Positions 47,963 through 60,520 of a stretch of DNA of 64,000 nt are shown piece by piece (positions within the stretch are counted from its first letter, which is position 1; every line of letters starts with the position of its first letter). The stretch spans positions 61,876,001 to 61,940,000 of the forward strand of contig CM126209.1 of assembly GCA_052327205.1 (NCBI GenBank). Direction: 5' to 3'. The notes beneath the pieces were generated by a model. That model was given only the letters and a program-made list of their open reading frames with translations, did no database searches and was not told where the DNA came from. Position numbers and translations under genes: made by a program. This DNA comes from Somniosus microcephalus (taxonomy: Eukaryota).

Positions 47963-50588
47963 CTAGAAAGAGATGATGCCGTTTAGAAAACAGATGTCCT
48001 GCCTATACTTCTTCCAGTAACCAGCTAACAAAAACCATAGGTGGTGCTTGGTTTCAGGGGGTGGAGATGCAAATTTGATGCTAGAGTAAAAAATATCCTG
48101 AATGCCAGAAAATTCTATTAATTTGGCAACAGTTACTCCATACACTTCAAAATGGATGCTACTAAACAAAGGCTCATTAGTATGACTAGGTACCTTACCC
48201 TTGAAGTTGAAGGTGCTGTAATGGCTAAAATAAAAATGCAACATGTTTACAATGCTTTATATATTAGTTAACAAGATAATGTATCAGTTGGAAAGTAAAA
48301 ATGCAAGTTTAACCATAGACACCATATTGTAAAATAATACAATTTTTTGAAGGGGTGCTCTACAGTAACTTTTTTTCTGTACAACAATTTGTTGCTAAAC
48401 CTTAGGCAAAAGCAAATCTTCTGATCTTTCCATTTAAATAGCAGGCCATAAACAAAAGCCTGTATTATGGGAGCATTGACCAGTCCATCAGCAGGTCATC
48501 ATACAGTGTTTGATGGCAAGGTACTAACAAGACTACCAAGCTTTGCAAAGTACATTATTTCTTTTAAAAAAAAGAAAAAAGTTTTGGAAAGGTTGCTTGA
48601 TGGAGGTACATTGGAAAAATAAATCTGCATCACAATGTCTGGACAACTTAATGGTCTTAAAGAGCAGCATGTGAAATGCTCCATTCCTCATTTTCTTCTA
48701 AAACCAGTAAGAAAGTGGAGTTTTATGAAGTACAGAATTCTTGCAAACATGGTGGATCATTGGGCCTGAAGGAATGCCTGCAGTCCTGCACTTCATTTAT
48801 TATGCAAGACAGATTTCAAATGCAGCTCGAGGCATTTATGAATTACCTCCTGTTAACAATACTACAGTTGTAGAAATGAAATGGCTTTTTCAAACCAAGG
48901 GGAGGAGGAGGAGAGAAGAGGGCTGGAAAAAAAAAAAAAAAAGGAGGAACTGAAGCCATCACAGCCTACTTGTTACTCCTCCAGTATATTATTCCCCTTT
49001 TTACTCAGTATTAAGTGNNNNNNNNNNNNNNNNNNNNNNNNNNNNNNNNNNNNNNNNNNNNNNNNNNNNNNNNNNNNNNNNNNNNNNNNNNNNNNNNNNN
49101 NNNNNNNNNNNNNNNNNNNNNNNNNNNNNNNNNNNNNNNNNNNNNNNNNNNNNNNNNNNNNNNNNNNNNNNNNNNNNNNNNNNNNNNNNNNNNNNNNNNN
49201 NNNNNNNNNNNNNNNNNNNNNNNNNNNNNNNNNNNNNNNNNNNNNNNNNNNNNNNNNNNNNNNNNNNNNNNNNNNNNNNNNNNNNNNNNNNNNNNNNNNN
49301 NNNNNNNNNNNNNNNNNNNNNNNNNNNNNNNNNNNNNNNNNNNNNNNNNNNNNNNNNNNNNNNNNNNNNNNNNNNNNNNNNNNNNNNNNNNNNNNNNNNN
49401 NNNNNNNNNNNNNNNNNNNNNNNNNNNNNNNNNNNNNNNNNNNNNNNNNNNNNNNNNNNNNNNNNNNNNNNNNNNNNNNNNNNNNNNNNNNNNNNNNNNN
49501 NNNNNNNNNNNNNNNNNCCTGCAGCTTCTGAGGGAGTCTAGAAAGAGATGATGCCGTTTAGAAAACAGATGTCCTGCCTATACTTCTTCCAGTAACCAGC
49601 TAACAAAAACCATAGGTGGTGCTTGGTTTCAGGGGGTGGAGATGCAAATTTGATGCTAGAGTAAAAAATATCCTGAATGCCAGAAAATTCTATTAATTTG
49701 GCAAACAGTTACTCCATACACTTCAAAATGGATGCTACTAAACAAAGGCTCATTAGTATGACTAGGTACCTTACCCTTGAAGTTGAAGGTGCTGTAATGG
49801 CTAAAATAAAAATGCAACATGTTTACAATGCTTTATATATTAGTTAACAAGATAATGTATCAGTTGGAAAGTAAAAATGCAAGTTTAACCATAGACACCA
49901 TATTGTAAAATAATACAATTTTTTGAAGGGGTGCTCTACAGTAACTTTTTTTCTGTACAACAATTTGTTGCTAAATCTTAGGCAAAAGCAAATCTTCTGA
50001 TCTTTCCATTTAAATAGCAGGCCATAAACAAAAGCCTGTATTATGGGAGCATTGACCAGTCCATCAGCAGGTCATCATACAGTGTTTGATGGCAAGGTAC
50101 TAACAAGACTACCAAGCTTTGCAAAGTACATTATTTCTTTTAAAAAAAAGAAAAAGTTTTGGAAAGGTTGCTTGATGGAGGTACATTGAAAAATAAATCT
50201 GCATCACAATGTCTGGACAACTTAATGGTCTTAAAGAGCAGCATGTGAAATGCTCCATTCCTCATTTTCTTCTAAAACCAGTAAGAAAGTGGAGTTTTAT
50301 GAAGTACAGAATTCTTGCAAACATGGTGGATCATTGGGCTGAAGGAATGCCTGCAGTCCTGCACTTCATTTATTATGCAAGACAGATTTCAAATGCAGCT
50401 CGAGGCATTTATGAATTACCTCCTGTTAACAATACTACAGTTGTAGAAATGAAATGGCTTTTTCAAACCAAGGGGAGGAGGAGGAGGAGAGAAGAGGGCT
50501 GGAAAAAACAGAAAGGAGGAACTGAAGCCATCACAGCCTACTTGTTACTCCTCCAGTATATTATTCCCCTTTTTACTCAGATTAAGTG
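47943..50588. other. 500-N assembly gap (49018-49517) flanked by a near-identical ~1.07 kb direct duplication (47943-49017 and 49518-50588)
   Basis: Sequence after the gap restarts at cctgcagcttctgagggagtctag and differs mostly by small indels. Confidence 0.92.
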
Positions 50589-51354
50589 TCCTGTACATGC
50601 GTCTGTGCAGTGAAGGGTGACCTGCTAATAACCTGCTGCAGCACTTTTAAACCAGGGTCCAGCTTTTGGAAAAAAGGTAGCAAAACAATTGGAACAAGAC
50701 ATTGACTGAAAATTCACTTGTGCTACAGCAAAGAACAGGACAGGCAGCAATAGTCTGCTTTAGCAACCTACTGCGATGATCATTTTGCTGCTACAGTATA
50801 TTCTTCACTACCTTCATATAACAACGGATTTCCTAAGAAAAACTGGCTATGCTTAATAAGTGCAGTCCTTTCACAAAATCACAATCTGAAACATTTGGAA
50901 TTCCTGGAATATACAATAATCAGCTTCATGTCAGGAACTACATGGCACACAAGCAGTCACTTGGTAAATTATTTTTGCATACTCCACAAAAGGCCTATTG
51001 TGCCATTATAGAATATTCAGTAAGAGAATGCAGATTGGCATCTAACCAAACAATGCATATAGCATTCAATAGTGGTTGCACACAGCAACCACGTGCATTT
51101 TCAGGCACATCTCGCTTGAGCACCCAAGAAATCCAACATGGCTGAATGGTGGTTTGTATAAATTCTAACATATTACTATCGCTCCAGGTGTGGTCATCAT
51201 TCATCAGGAACATCACCACCACATTTGGCCCCCCTGAACACACACTGGATTAGAGACTAGAGCACACTATCTGCTATCCAGAACCAACAGTGGAGGTTTC
51301 CAGCTGTAACTAGTCCAGAATACCAGTACATTGAGAGAAAAAAAAAGCACCAAC

Positions 51355-51437
51355 CTTCAACTTCACCTCCAGATGAAGCGATCTTGGAGAGGAACAAATA
51401 TGCGGTTCCAATAGCATCATTTCTGGTCATCCGATCC
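51355..51437 (-). CDS. MYOF: Myoferlin exon, C2C (DRMTRNDAIGTAYLFLSKIASSGGEVE)
   Basis: cag/gttggt splice sites, 83 nt. Confidence 0.93.
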
Positions 51438-52461
51438 CTGGAAGGTATTGGATCACATTTTTTGACATTACTGGCAAGAATTGAAGCACCATGGAGCATA
51501 GCTCGAAGCAGTATGCATCCAACATTCTCGTGCTTGCACGAGCAGGGGGTGGGTCACTGGATAGCCAACAGGAAAAAGGAACTCTGCCCAATTTGCCACC
51601 CCAAATCACTGCGCCAGCTGAGATCAGGTAATGCAGTCTACTGGTGACTGAACTTAGAGCTTGGTGTATGGCCCAGCTACTTGCCACTTCATCAATCAGT
51701 TGAGTGATCAGAAAGGCTCTGAAGAAATTACAGAAAAACAGCAGTTTCTACCTCCATGCCATGAAAATTGTAATGGAGTCTGTGGCTGATATCTATTACC
51801 CCTCACAACATCACTTCTTGTCGTTTGTTTAATTTCTAACGGTGCTTGGCACTGAAGTGGAAATTGCTTTATTTTTGTAATTTTTGCATTAATACAAAAT
51901 TTTAAAAGTTCATACAATCCAAAGATCATTGTTACATATGCAGTTCAGACAACGGGGTGGGGGGGGGGGTGAAAATGCTGTATATTTACATTCCCATATA
52001 AAAAGAGAAACAAAGCTGCTTAAATTTGATGATAAAAGGATGGTAGTGATTAGCTGCACACACTGAATAAGTGATGAGAACTGCTCAAGTCAGTCAGATC
52101 TGGAGAACAGAGCAGTCTAATGCATACCCGAACTAAGTAAGAGTTAACTATTAACTAGCACCTAAAGACTGTGCTTCAGTGGCCAAACCAATCCTTCATT
52201 AGCAAATTGGTGCATTTTATAACACACTAAATATAAAGCAGAGTATTGCCACTTCCCTTTAAACAGCAGTTTTTCTGCCACACCTCTTCTTGGCTTCCCT
52301 GTACCATTCACCATCAGCAGCGGAGAAAGGTGACCCAATCCAAGCTTCCGAGAGCTCAAGCATTTCTAGAATATCTATTCTTACACGCTTACTGCTAGTT
52401 AAACCCACAAAAAAAAATCACTTAATGAAATTCAAAATACAAGCTCTTGCTTCGTACTCAC

Positions 52462-52505
52462 CAATCAAACACCGTCAAGCTTATTCTTTCACACATAGAT
52501 GGAAA
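52462..52505 (-). CDS. MYOF: Myoferlin exon, C2C (FPSMCERISLTVFDW)
   Basis: cag/gtgagt splice sites, 44 nt. Confidence 0.93.
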
Positions 52506-54254
52506 CTGTAGAAGAGAAAAATTAGCTGTTATTTCAGATATTCTTCAATTGCTATTGCACTGCAAAATCCCAGAAGAACAGTTATGAGATTGAATTTAAT
52601 TAACCTTGCTGGATTTCATTATTTACCAGGCAACTGGGTGAGTGAATGTATCTGTGCAACCACCTTAAGTCAGTCACATGCCCAACTGTAGTTCAAGTTG
52701 TCTACCATCAACCTGCTAAGCATGTGGGCACAAGGCCAGCACCCCACCTACAATATGATAACCACCCTCATCATATTCTTACTACTACTGGATGATGGCA
52801 TCTGAAGGAGGTTTATAAACACCCTACTTTCAGCAGAGTCCGCTCACCCTCCCAACTAATATGCGTAGCAGGTTTCTTTCCCTCCCCCCCCCCCCCCCCC
52901 AAAACAGTGCACCACAACACAAAAAAGGTCTCATCTGTAACACAGTCACTGTGGAAAGTTCTCATTCCATACATGCACAACTTTTCTAAGCAGCTTGCTA
53001 CTTTTAACCACATCACATTCTAGCAGGAGATGATAGCACTTCAAGTTTGCACCCAACTCACGAAAATCTCAAATCTACAATTTGCCCATTGTTGACAGCT
53101 CGATTGTCCCTTGTGGTGGTTCCCAAGCTGACATGTCTGTTGCTATTCCATCAAGTTTTTCCTTAAAAAGACTTCAGCACCACACCTAGCATAGCCTCAA
53201 GTTATATTACTGTATTGGACCATTTCACACTCACCCTGTACTAGTAGTTTGATATTAAATATACAGCTCTATTAATTTTGAGGGGGGGGGGGGGGGGGGG
53301 GGTGAGGAAGAGGAAGGAGAGAAATGCACAATATATAATTTTCTCCTTTTGCCTCCTAAGTTTATGTACAAAGCACAATAAAGCCCTGCATCCCACCTGG
53401 ACTCCAAGGTGTTGAAAAGCATAGATGATGCAGCTTTAAGGCCAACTATTTGGCTTAATGGCAAGTGCAGAACTAAAGGATACATGTTTCAAATTTAGTG
53501 CTCAAGTGAGACTAGAGATTAAAAAGAACATCCCCTTTGAGTAGTTGCATGTTTGAACCCAACTCAAGGAAAGACCAACTGATGCGGTGTTGATTAGCAT
53601 CTTCAGAAAAAGGAACTGGAGAAATACCAGATTAGGAACAGGTTTGGAGATAAGCCAAGTCAAGAAGTCTATGCTACCATTGTGCTAACGGAAGTGGGGT
53701 GGGATGAGGTGTAGATTCCACCCGCCACTCTGAACTGCTGCCGAACAGGTCCCAAATTATGGGAATAGCCTTTAATAACAGGGAGTGGGCCCTCTGCGTT
53801 CAAGCATCATGCCTCAGTAGTGGTGGAAACAAACAGGTCTCAAGATACTTGAGTAGATACTGCACATTTCACCAATTTTTCATACAAATAATTTAAAAAT
53901 CTTCCATCCTCACCGCTTTGTTGGCACCACTTGACTTCCTGTGGTTAGATTTGTTACATTCCCCCTCAATTGTTTCCACTATAAATGTCTATTTGCACAT
54001 TTATAATGGACACTGCTTTGTAAACTTGTCATGCTGTAATTACACCCTCCTGCCATGGTGAAACTGCAGCACCTCCACTGGTTGGGGTGGGGGTGCATGT
54101 AATTAAGTTGCGACAAGTTTACAGAGGCACTTTCTATTGTAAATGGTGGACATGGAGATTGATCATGTTAAATTAAAAAAAGGACAATGCATAACTTTAA
54201 AATGGGGATTTAATTACATCTGCTTAATCTGGTTTAACTATCTCTACATTCTAA

Positions 54255-57200
54255 CCCTAATTCAATTCAATTTTATTTGTCATATATGCAGCCGACATGT
54301 GTACTGCACAATGAAATGTTGATTAAGAGTCCTCCCAACATTGGAATAAATAGGGCATAACAATGAAAAATAATAGAAATACAGTAATAAATAATAATAA
54401 ATTATACGTTAGAGTCTTATGGCCTGGGAGTAGAAGCTGTTTCAAAACCTGCTGGTACGAGACTGTATGCTTCGGCATCTCTTACCGGACGGGAGCAGGG
54501 CGAAGAGGTTGTGTCTGGGGTGGCTTGTGTCTTTAAGGATTTTTCAGGGCCTTCCCCCGGCACCTCTCGGGGTAGATATCCTGGACAGCAGGTAGTTTAA
54601 TTCCTATAGTATGTTGTGCAGCTTTCACCACCATCTGGTAGAGCCTTGCGGTCTGTGGCGGTGCAGTGCCATGCCAGGTAGTGATGCAGCCGGACAGGAT
54701 ACTCTCGATGGTGCGAATCTGGGGGGCCATTCCAAATTTCTTCAGTTTCCTGAGGAAGAACAGGAGTTGGCATGCCTTCTTCGTTACGGCGTTGCTGTGA
54801 TGTGACCACGTTAAGTCCTCCGTAATGAATACACCCAATGATGTGCCTCAATAAATCCCGAGACTCGATGTTAGCGAAACAAAACAAGGCTTTTATTGAC
54901 TTAGATGGTAACACAGAGGAGAATGTATCTTCCATCCAGAGGTCTGCCGTACTGGATGTGCTGCAGGCTGGGCCAGCTTACATAGGAGCCAGGTATGGGC
55001 AGAGCCCTACACAGTACAATACAATGGAAAATGAAACTGAAACCAACCACAGTCACAGGCAGAGAAATACTGATGAGTGATGAATGAATATTTCATCACA
55101 CCCAGGAATTTGAAGCTTGCTGACCCTCTCCACCTCAGCCCCTTCGATGTAGATTGGGCTGTGTCCCTCCCCTTGCCACTTCCTGTAGTCCACGATCATC
55201 TCCTTTGTTTTGCTGATGTTGAGGGAGCGGTTGTTGTACTTGCACCATTCTGCTAGAGCTCTTATCTCCTCCCTGTAGCCGGTCTTGTCGCCATCTGTGA
55301 TCAGGCCTACAACGGTAGTGTCATCAGCAAACTTGATGGAGTTGTGCGTGGCCACGCAATCGTGAGTAAACGGAGTACAGAAGGGGGCTGAGCACACAAC
55401 CCTGGGGAGCTCCTGTGTTCAGGATCAGAGTTGAGGTGTTGCTGCCTATTTTCACCACCTGGGGTCTGCCTGTCAGGAAGTCCAGGATCCAGTTGCATAG
55501 GGAGGTGTTAAGTCCCAGCTCACTGAGCTTGTTGACAAGCTTGGAGGGGATAATGGTATTGAATGCTGAACTATAATCAATGAACAACATTCTCACATAG
55601 GTGTTCCTCTTATCCAGGTGTGATAAGGCAGTGTGCAGTACAGTGGCGATGGCATCATCCCTAGATCTTTTTGGGCGGTAAGCAAATTGGAGTGGGTCCA
55701 GTGTGTCAGTTAGTAAGGAGCTGATGTGGGTTTTGACCAGCCTCTCAAAGCACTTCATGATGACAGGAGTGAGTGCTATGGGGCGGTAGTCGTTTAAACA
55801 GGTTACTTGTGTTTTTTTGGGGACTGGAATAACCGATTTCATCTTGAAGGAGGTGGGGACTACAGACTGGTACAGTGAACGGTTGAATGTATCCGTAAAC
55901 ACAGCTGCCAGCTGGTCAGCATATGCTCTAAGGACACACCCAGGGATTCCATCTGGACCAGGTGCTTTGTGGGTATTTCACTCTCAAGTCTTGCTTACGT
56001 CAGCCACGGAGATTGAGAAGACCCGATCGTCCTGAGCTGCAGGTGCCCTTGTAACAGGCCAGTTGTTGTTGGCCTCAAACCGGGCGTAAAAAGTGTTAAG
56101 CTCGTCCGGGAGAGAGGCATTGCTGGGCATGACACAGCTGGGTTTCCCTTTGTAGTCTAATAGATTGTAGTCCACTCCACATCCTTCGAGAATCTGAGCT
56201 AGGAGTGTGACTCCACTTTATCGGTGTATTTTTTTTTGTTGCATTTTTGATGGTTTTTCTTAGAGGAGTACAAGAAATCAAAGTACGAGCTATGTCCCCA
56301 GAGTTGAATGCGATGGACCGTGCTTTTAGCATAGCACGATATCGGCATTTACCCATGGTTTCTGGTTGGGAAATGTTCGTACAACAATCCTCGGAACAAC
56401 GTCATCTGTGCACTTGTTTATGAAACTAATGACTGAATCTGTATATGTGTTGATGTCATTGTCTGAGGCATTCCGGAACATATCCCAGTCAGTGGAATCA
56501 AAACAAACAGTCTTGTAACATAGCGTCTGATTGATCCGACCACCGTTGTAGAGATCTCATCACAGGCTTTTCCTGTTTCAGTTTCTGCCTATAGGTGGGT
56601 AGCAGCAGGATGGAGTAGTGATCTGATTTGCCGAAGGGAGGGCCTTGTATCCATCCCGGAACAGAGTGTAAATGTGATCATGTGTTCTTGGCTCGCGTTG
56701 GGCAGGTGATATGCTGATGGTATTTAGGCAGTACTTTCTTCAGATTGGCTTTGTTGAAATCACCAGCCACGATGAATGCAGCCTCTGGATGGGAAGTTTC
56801 AAGCCTGCTAATGGTCCCATACAGCTCGTTTAGTGCCCTATTTGCTTCAGCCTGCGGTGGAATATACACCGCTGTAATGATCACGGATGAGAACTCTCTC
56901 GGGAGGTAGAAGGGGCGGCATTTGATCATCAGGTGTTCAAGATCAGGTGAACAAGAAGATGCAAGTAGTTCCACGTCGGAACACCAAGAATTGTTGATCA
57001 TAAAGCATAACTCCACCCCCTCTATTCTTCTGAGTCCTTTGTTCGGTCTAGCCGGTGAATGTTGAATCCCTCTGGTTGAATGGCCGAAGCCAGTATCGAT
57101 GGATCAAACCAAGTCTCAGTGAAAATCAAGACGTTGCAGTTTTTAATGTCTCACTGGAAGGTGAGCCTCCCCCTGAGTTCGTCCAGCTTATTGTCCAGTG

Positions 57201-57908
57201 ACTGCACATTCGCCAGGAGAATACTCGGAAGGGGGGGGGGGGGGGGGGGGGGGGGGGGTGTTCATGTCGCCTCAGCTTCACTAATGCACCTGCTCGTCTG
57301 CCCAGCTTGCGCTGTCGTCGCTTCCTGATCACAGGAATGAAGTCAGGTAAGCAGGTGGGAGGGTAGATGGTAGTAGCAGCAGAATCCCAGTTCGAAAAAT
57401 CAGGGGTAGGTCCTATATCTCCGGACGATCTTATGTCCAGAAGTGATTGACGGTCGTAGCGGATAAGCGAAGAAAACAGTACTTACAAAATTGTTTAACA
57501 ACAATAAAATAATAAAGTGGAAAGTTGTGGACGAGCTCGTAAAACAGCGGCTACCCTCATGAGCCACACAGGTCGGTTAAACAGTAGAACATTTAAAAAA
57601 CTAAACTAAATACTAAAACTAGAATGCTAAATAAATACTAAAACAGTACGATATTAAAATACAACATTAAATACAACATTAAAATACCAGTTGGGGAGGA
57701 GCTTATAAAACAGCAGCCACACAGGTCAGTTAAACAGTAGAATATTAAAAAAAAACTAAATTACTAATACTAAAACTAGAGTGCTAAATACTAAACAGTA
57801 GAATACTAAAAACTAACAGTACAATATATTAAAATACAATAATACATTAAATACAACATTAAAACACCAGTTGGGGAGGATCTCAAAACAGCAGCCACAG
57901 GTCGGCGC
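54255..57908 (-). mobile_element. Rex1/Babar-type non-LTR retrotransposon, near full length and frameshifted
   Basis: APE motif [27 protein letters not shown]; RT motifs [57 protein letters not shown]; ttcaa-repeat tail near 54260; tandem repeats in the 5' region (57480-57905). Confidence 0.88.
54839..55100 (-). mobile_element. 262-bp solo LTR inserted in the Rex1 RT
   Basis: TG...CA termini; flanks CCCAA/CCCAG form a 5-bp TSD with one mismatch; AATAAA on the minus strand near 54892; splits the FKFLGVFITEDL coding segment. Confidence 0.7.
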
Positions 57909-58383
57909 TGAAATCACTATTTCACCTGAATACCACGCGACTCCCATGTTCAAAGCCACAGGAGATTAATATCTCAAAAATGTTATGTATGCACACTTGT
58001 TTAATTACCTTGCTGTCACCATTTTTTGTCATGCTTTTGTCAACATTTAACACTGAAACTGCCCTTGTAAACATTGACTGTAATGATTTGGTTTCAGGCT
58101 TTGGCCACTAGGTGACACTCTGGCACATCTCCCAACAATGTCTAGCTACTCAATCTGCCATGCAGTTTCTCAGCCAATCTACAAAAAATCTTGTGGACAA
58201 AAGGTAAGCAATAGACCAATACAGCAACAAAAAAATGTAGATCGGAATGGGCAGTAAAAGAAACGAATATGGCTACTCCTCTGACTCGCCAGGACCAAGG
58301 TCACAGGGCATCTACTAGTACATCAAAAACAATTGCAAGAAGTCACACAACACCAGGTTATAGTCCAACAGCTTTATTTGAAC

Positions 58384-58420
58384 TCACAAGCTTTCGGAGC
58401 GCTGCTCCTTCTTCAGGTGA
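58384..58420 (-). ncRNA. Mirror copy of the minimal hammerhead motif, in the MYOF pre-mRNA sense
   Basis: Exact reverse complement of 58585-58621. Confidence 0.65.
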
Positions 58421-58584
58421 AGTGGAGAAATGCATAAAGACACAGCTTATATAGTCAGAGAATCATGTCAGATGTTTACAGGTAACCTTTCCAACTGCCA
58501 TTTATGGCAGTTGGAAAGGTTACCTGTAAACATCTGACATGATTCTCTGACTATATAAGCTGTGTCTTTATGCATTTCTCCACT

Positions 58585-58621
58585 TCACCTGAAGAAGGAG
58601 CAGCGCTCCGAAAGCTTGTGA
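58585..58621 (+). ncRNA. Minimal type I hammerhead ribozyme motif (Penelope type)
   Basis: tcac-CTGAAGA-a-ggagc agc gctcc-GAAA-gc-TT-gtga: stem I, CUGANGA core, stem II, GAAA, palindromic vestigial stem III and UH site. Confidence 0.65.
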
Positions 58622-58753
58622 GTTCAAATAAAGCTGTTGGACTATAACCTGGTGTTGTGCGACTTCTTGCAATTGTCCACCCCAGTCCAACTCTGGCATC
58701 TCCACACCATCAAAAACAATAATTGCAGTTAATGAAACAGAAGCAGATCCTAC

Positions 58754-58822
58754 CTTGACTTGAAGGTTGATGGTTTGATTCCACTCAGGATTTGCATTTT
58801 TTTCTATTATCTTTGTACAAAG
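58754..58822 (-). CDS. MYOF: Myoferlin exon, C2C (LCTKIIEKNANPEWNQTINLQVK)
   Basis: tag/gtagg splice sites, 69 nt. Confidence 0.95.
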
Positions 58823-58924
58823 CTACAACAGAACAAAGAGTCAGTGTGGCACATGCAGGGCAATGGGTAGGAAGCTAGAATTCCATGCTGAAGTCACAGG
58901 ACATGGACACGGCCAGACTCTCAC

Positions 58925-59028
58925 CTTTTTCCCAGCAAAGCCAACTTCCACATATGGGTCCACGAGGTTTTTCTTGTCAGTCCCTGTTCCAAATAATGAC
59001 TTGATAGTTTCTGCAAAGGCATCATCCA
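58925..59028 (-). CDS. MYOF: Myoferlin exon, C2C (MDDAFAETIKSLFGTGTDKKNLVDPYVEVGFAGKK)
   Basis: tag/gtgaga splice sites. Confidence 0.95.
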
Positions 59029-59234
59029 CTAAAGAGAGGAACAGAAGGACATGAGTTTGATCACAACTTGCCACTAATGTGTTTCAATAGTGCATTAATT
59101 TCAACAGTTAAAGAAAGCCAGAAATAACCAATTGACAGATAGACGTCTAAAGAACAAGACAGATTAAACACCACACACAATCTAGTATAAATGCAGTGGA
59201 TACCCTGCAACAGTAACAGACACTAAAATAGAAC

Positions 59235-60520
59235 CTAACACACACATCAAAGTTGATATGGCCAAACTGGAGTAAGGAGGGCTAGGGAGAAAAGATAGGG
59301 AAAGTGGTCAAAAGCAGTATTGAAGAGGAAGCCTTTTTGAAGGTGGAGACATAGCAAGGCAGCACAGTTGGGGAAGTGAATTACTGAGTGCAGATGCAAG
59401 ATGGCTGATGGTTCTACCACCCATGGTGAAGTGGGGAAAGGGGAAAACACACAGTAGACCAGAATTGATATAGAATAGTGGAGCTCTGTCCAAGTTGAGG
59501 CATATGGTAAGGGTGGAGCTCAGGAGGCTGTTGAGCATTGGAAGAAGTGGAGCCTGGCTATGGATCAACATTTCACCAGTGATTGGGGTAAGGCAAAAAT
59601 GGGTGACATTTGGGAGATGGAATTAGATGATTTAAGGCTCAGCTCAGGACCAAAGAAAGCACCATGGCTCTGCACCATGGGGTGACATTGAAGTAAACAA
59701 TCAGAAAGTGTGATGGAACCGAGGCCTAAGGCGCAATGTTTGACATGAGCCAAACAGAATGGCTTCAGTCTTCCCAATGTTAAGCTGAAGATTGCAGCTC
59801 ATCCAGGCTTGATGACGGTCAAGCAGGTGGATAACACAGCCAGAGTAAGGGAACCAGCAGGGGCAAAGTTGGGCATCAGCTGACCCTATGCTTACAATGT
59901 CACTAAGCAGCAACATAGAGGAGCAGTCCAATGATGAAACCCTGGAGCACACAGGTGACTGAACAAGCATGGGAAGCCTCAGTGCAGGAGATGGGGTGTT
60001 AACATTGGGACAAGCAAGAATGGAATTATGGGAGGGCAATGCCATAGAGTTGATGCAGCTGACTACCAAGATGATGAGGGAGAGAATAGGGACAGTAGAT
60101 AACACACCATTACAATTGCATAGGATATCATGTGCATCTTTGACCAGGTTTCTTGGTCAAATGGAAAGCAGATTGAAAGTAATTGAATAGGAAGTGGCAG
60201 AAGAAATTTGGGTGGTGCTACACATTTAGAATCTAGGGAGGAAGAGGTAGAAAATGGGCTAGTAGTTAAAGATGAGGAAATCATGGCCTATTTGAATAGA
60301 AAAGGTGGGGGGTGGGTGGTGGAAGAGAGAAATGTCAAAGGAGAGGGTACCTGCTGACAATATCAGCTATCACTGGGTGTGGGGAAGAGGTACTCGAGTG
60401 GTCAAGAGCTGGGGCAGGAAGGGGGCAAGAAAGCAGTTGGTGGGTCTAATAAGTGCTAGGGATGAAGATGTCTAATAAGTGCTAGAGATGGCGATCAAGG
60501 GCAGGAAGATGGTGAGGTAG
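59235..60520 (-). mobile_element. Old L2-clade LINE fragment
   Basis: WMSCNLQLNIGKTEAILFG remnant and an L2-like 3' region; boundaries approximate. Confidence 0.6.

Larger units (their letters stand above)
58329..58707. mobile_element. Penelope-like element consisting of inverted pseudo-LTRs (palindrome 58329-58676)
   Basis: 173-bp arms with one mismatch and a 2-nt centre; flanking direct repeat catcaaaaacaat at 58321-58333 and 58708-58720. Confidence 0.8.

Noticed and set aside
48881-49551. Long ORFs of 216 and 178 aa
   Set aside because: Artefacts of translating the N gap
32132-57258. Many poly-G/poly-C runs as candidate G-quadruplex elements
   Set aside because: Simple homopolymers scattered through introns, with unreliable lengths and no specific arrangement
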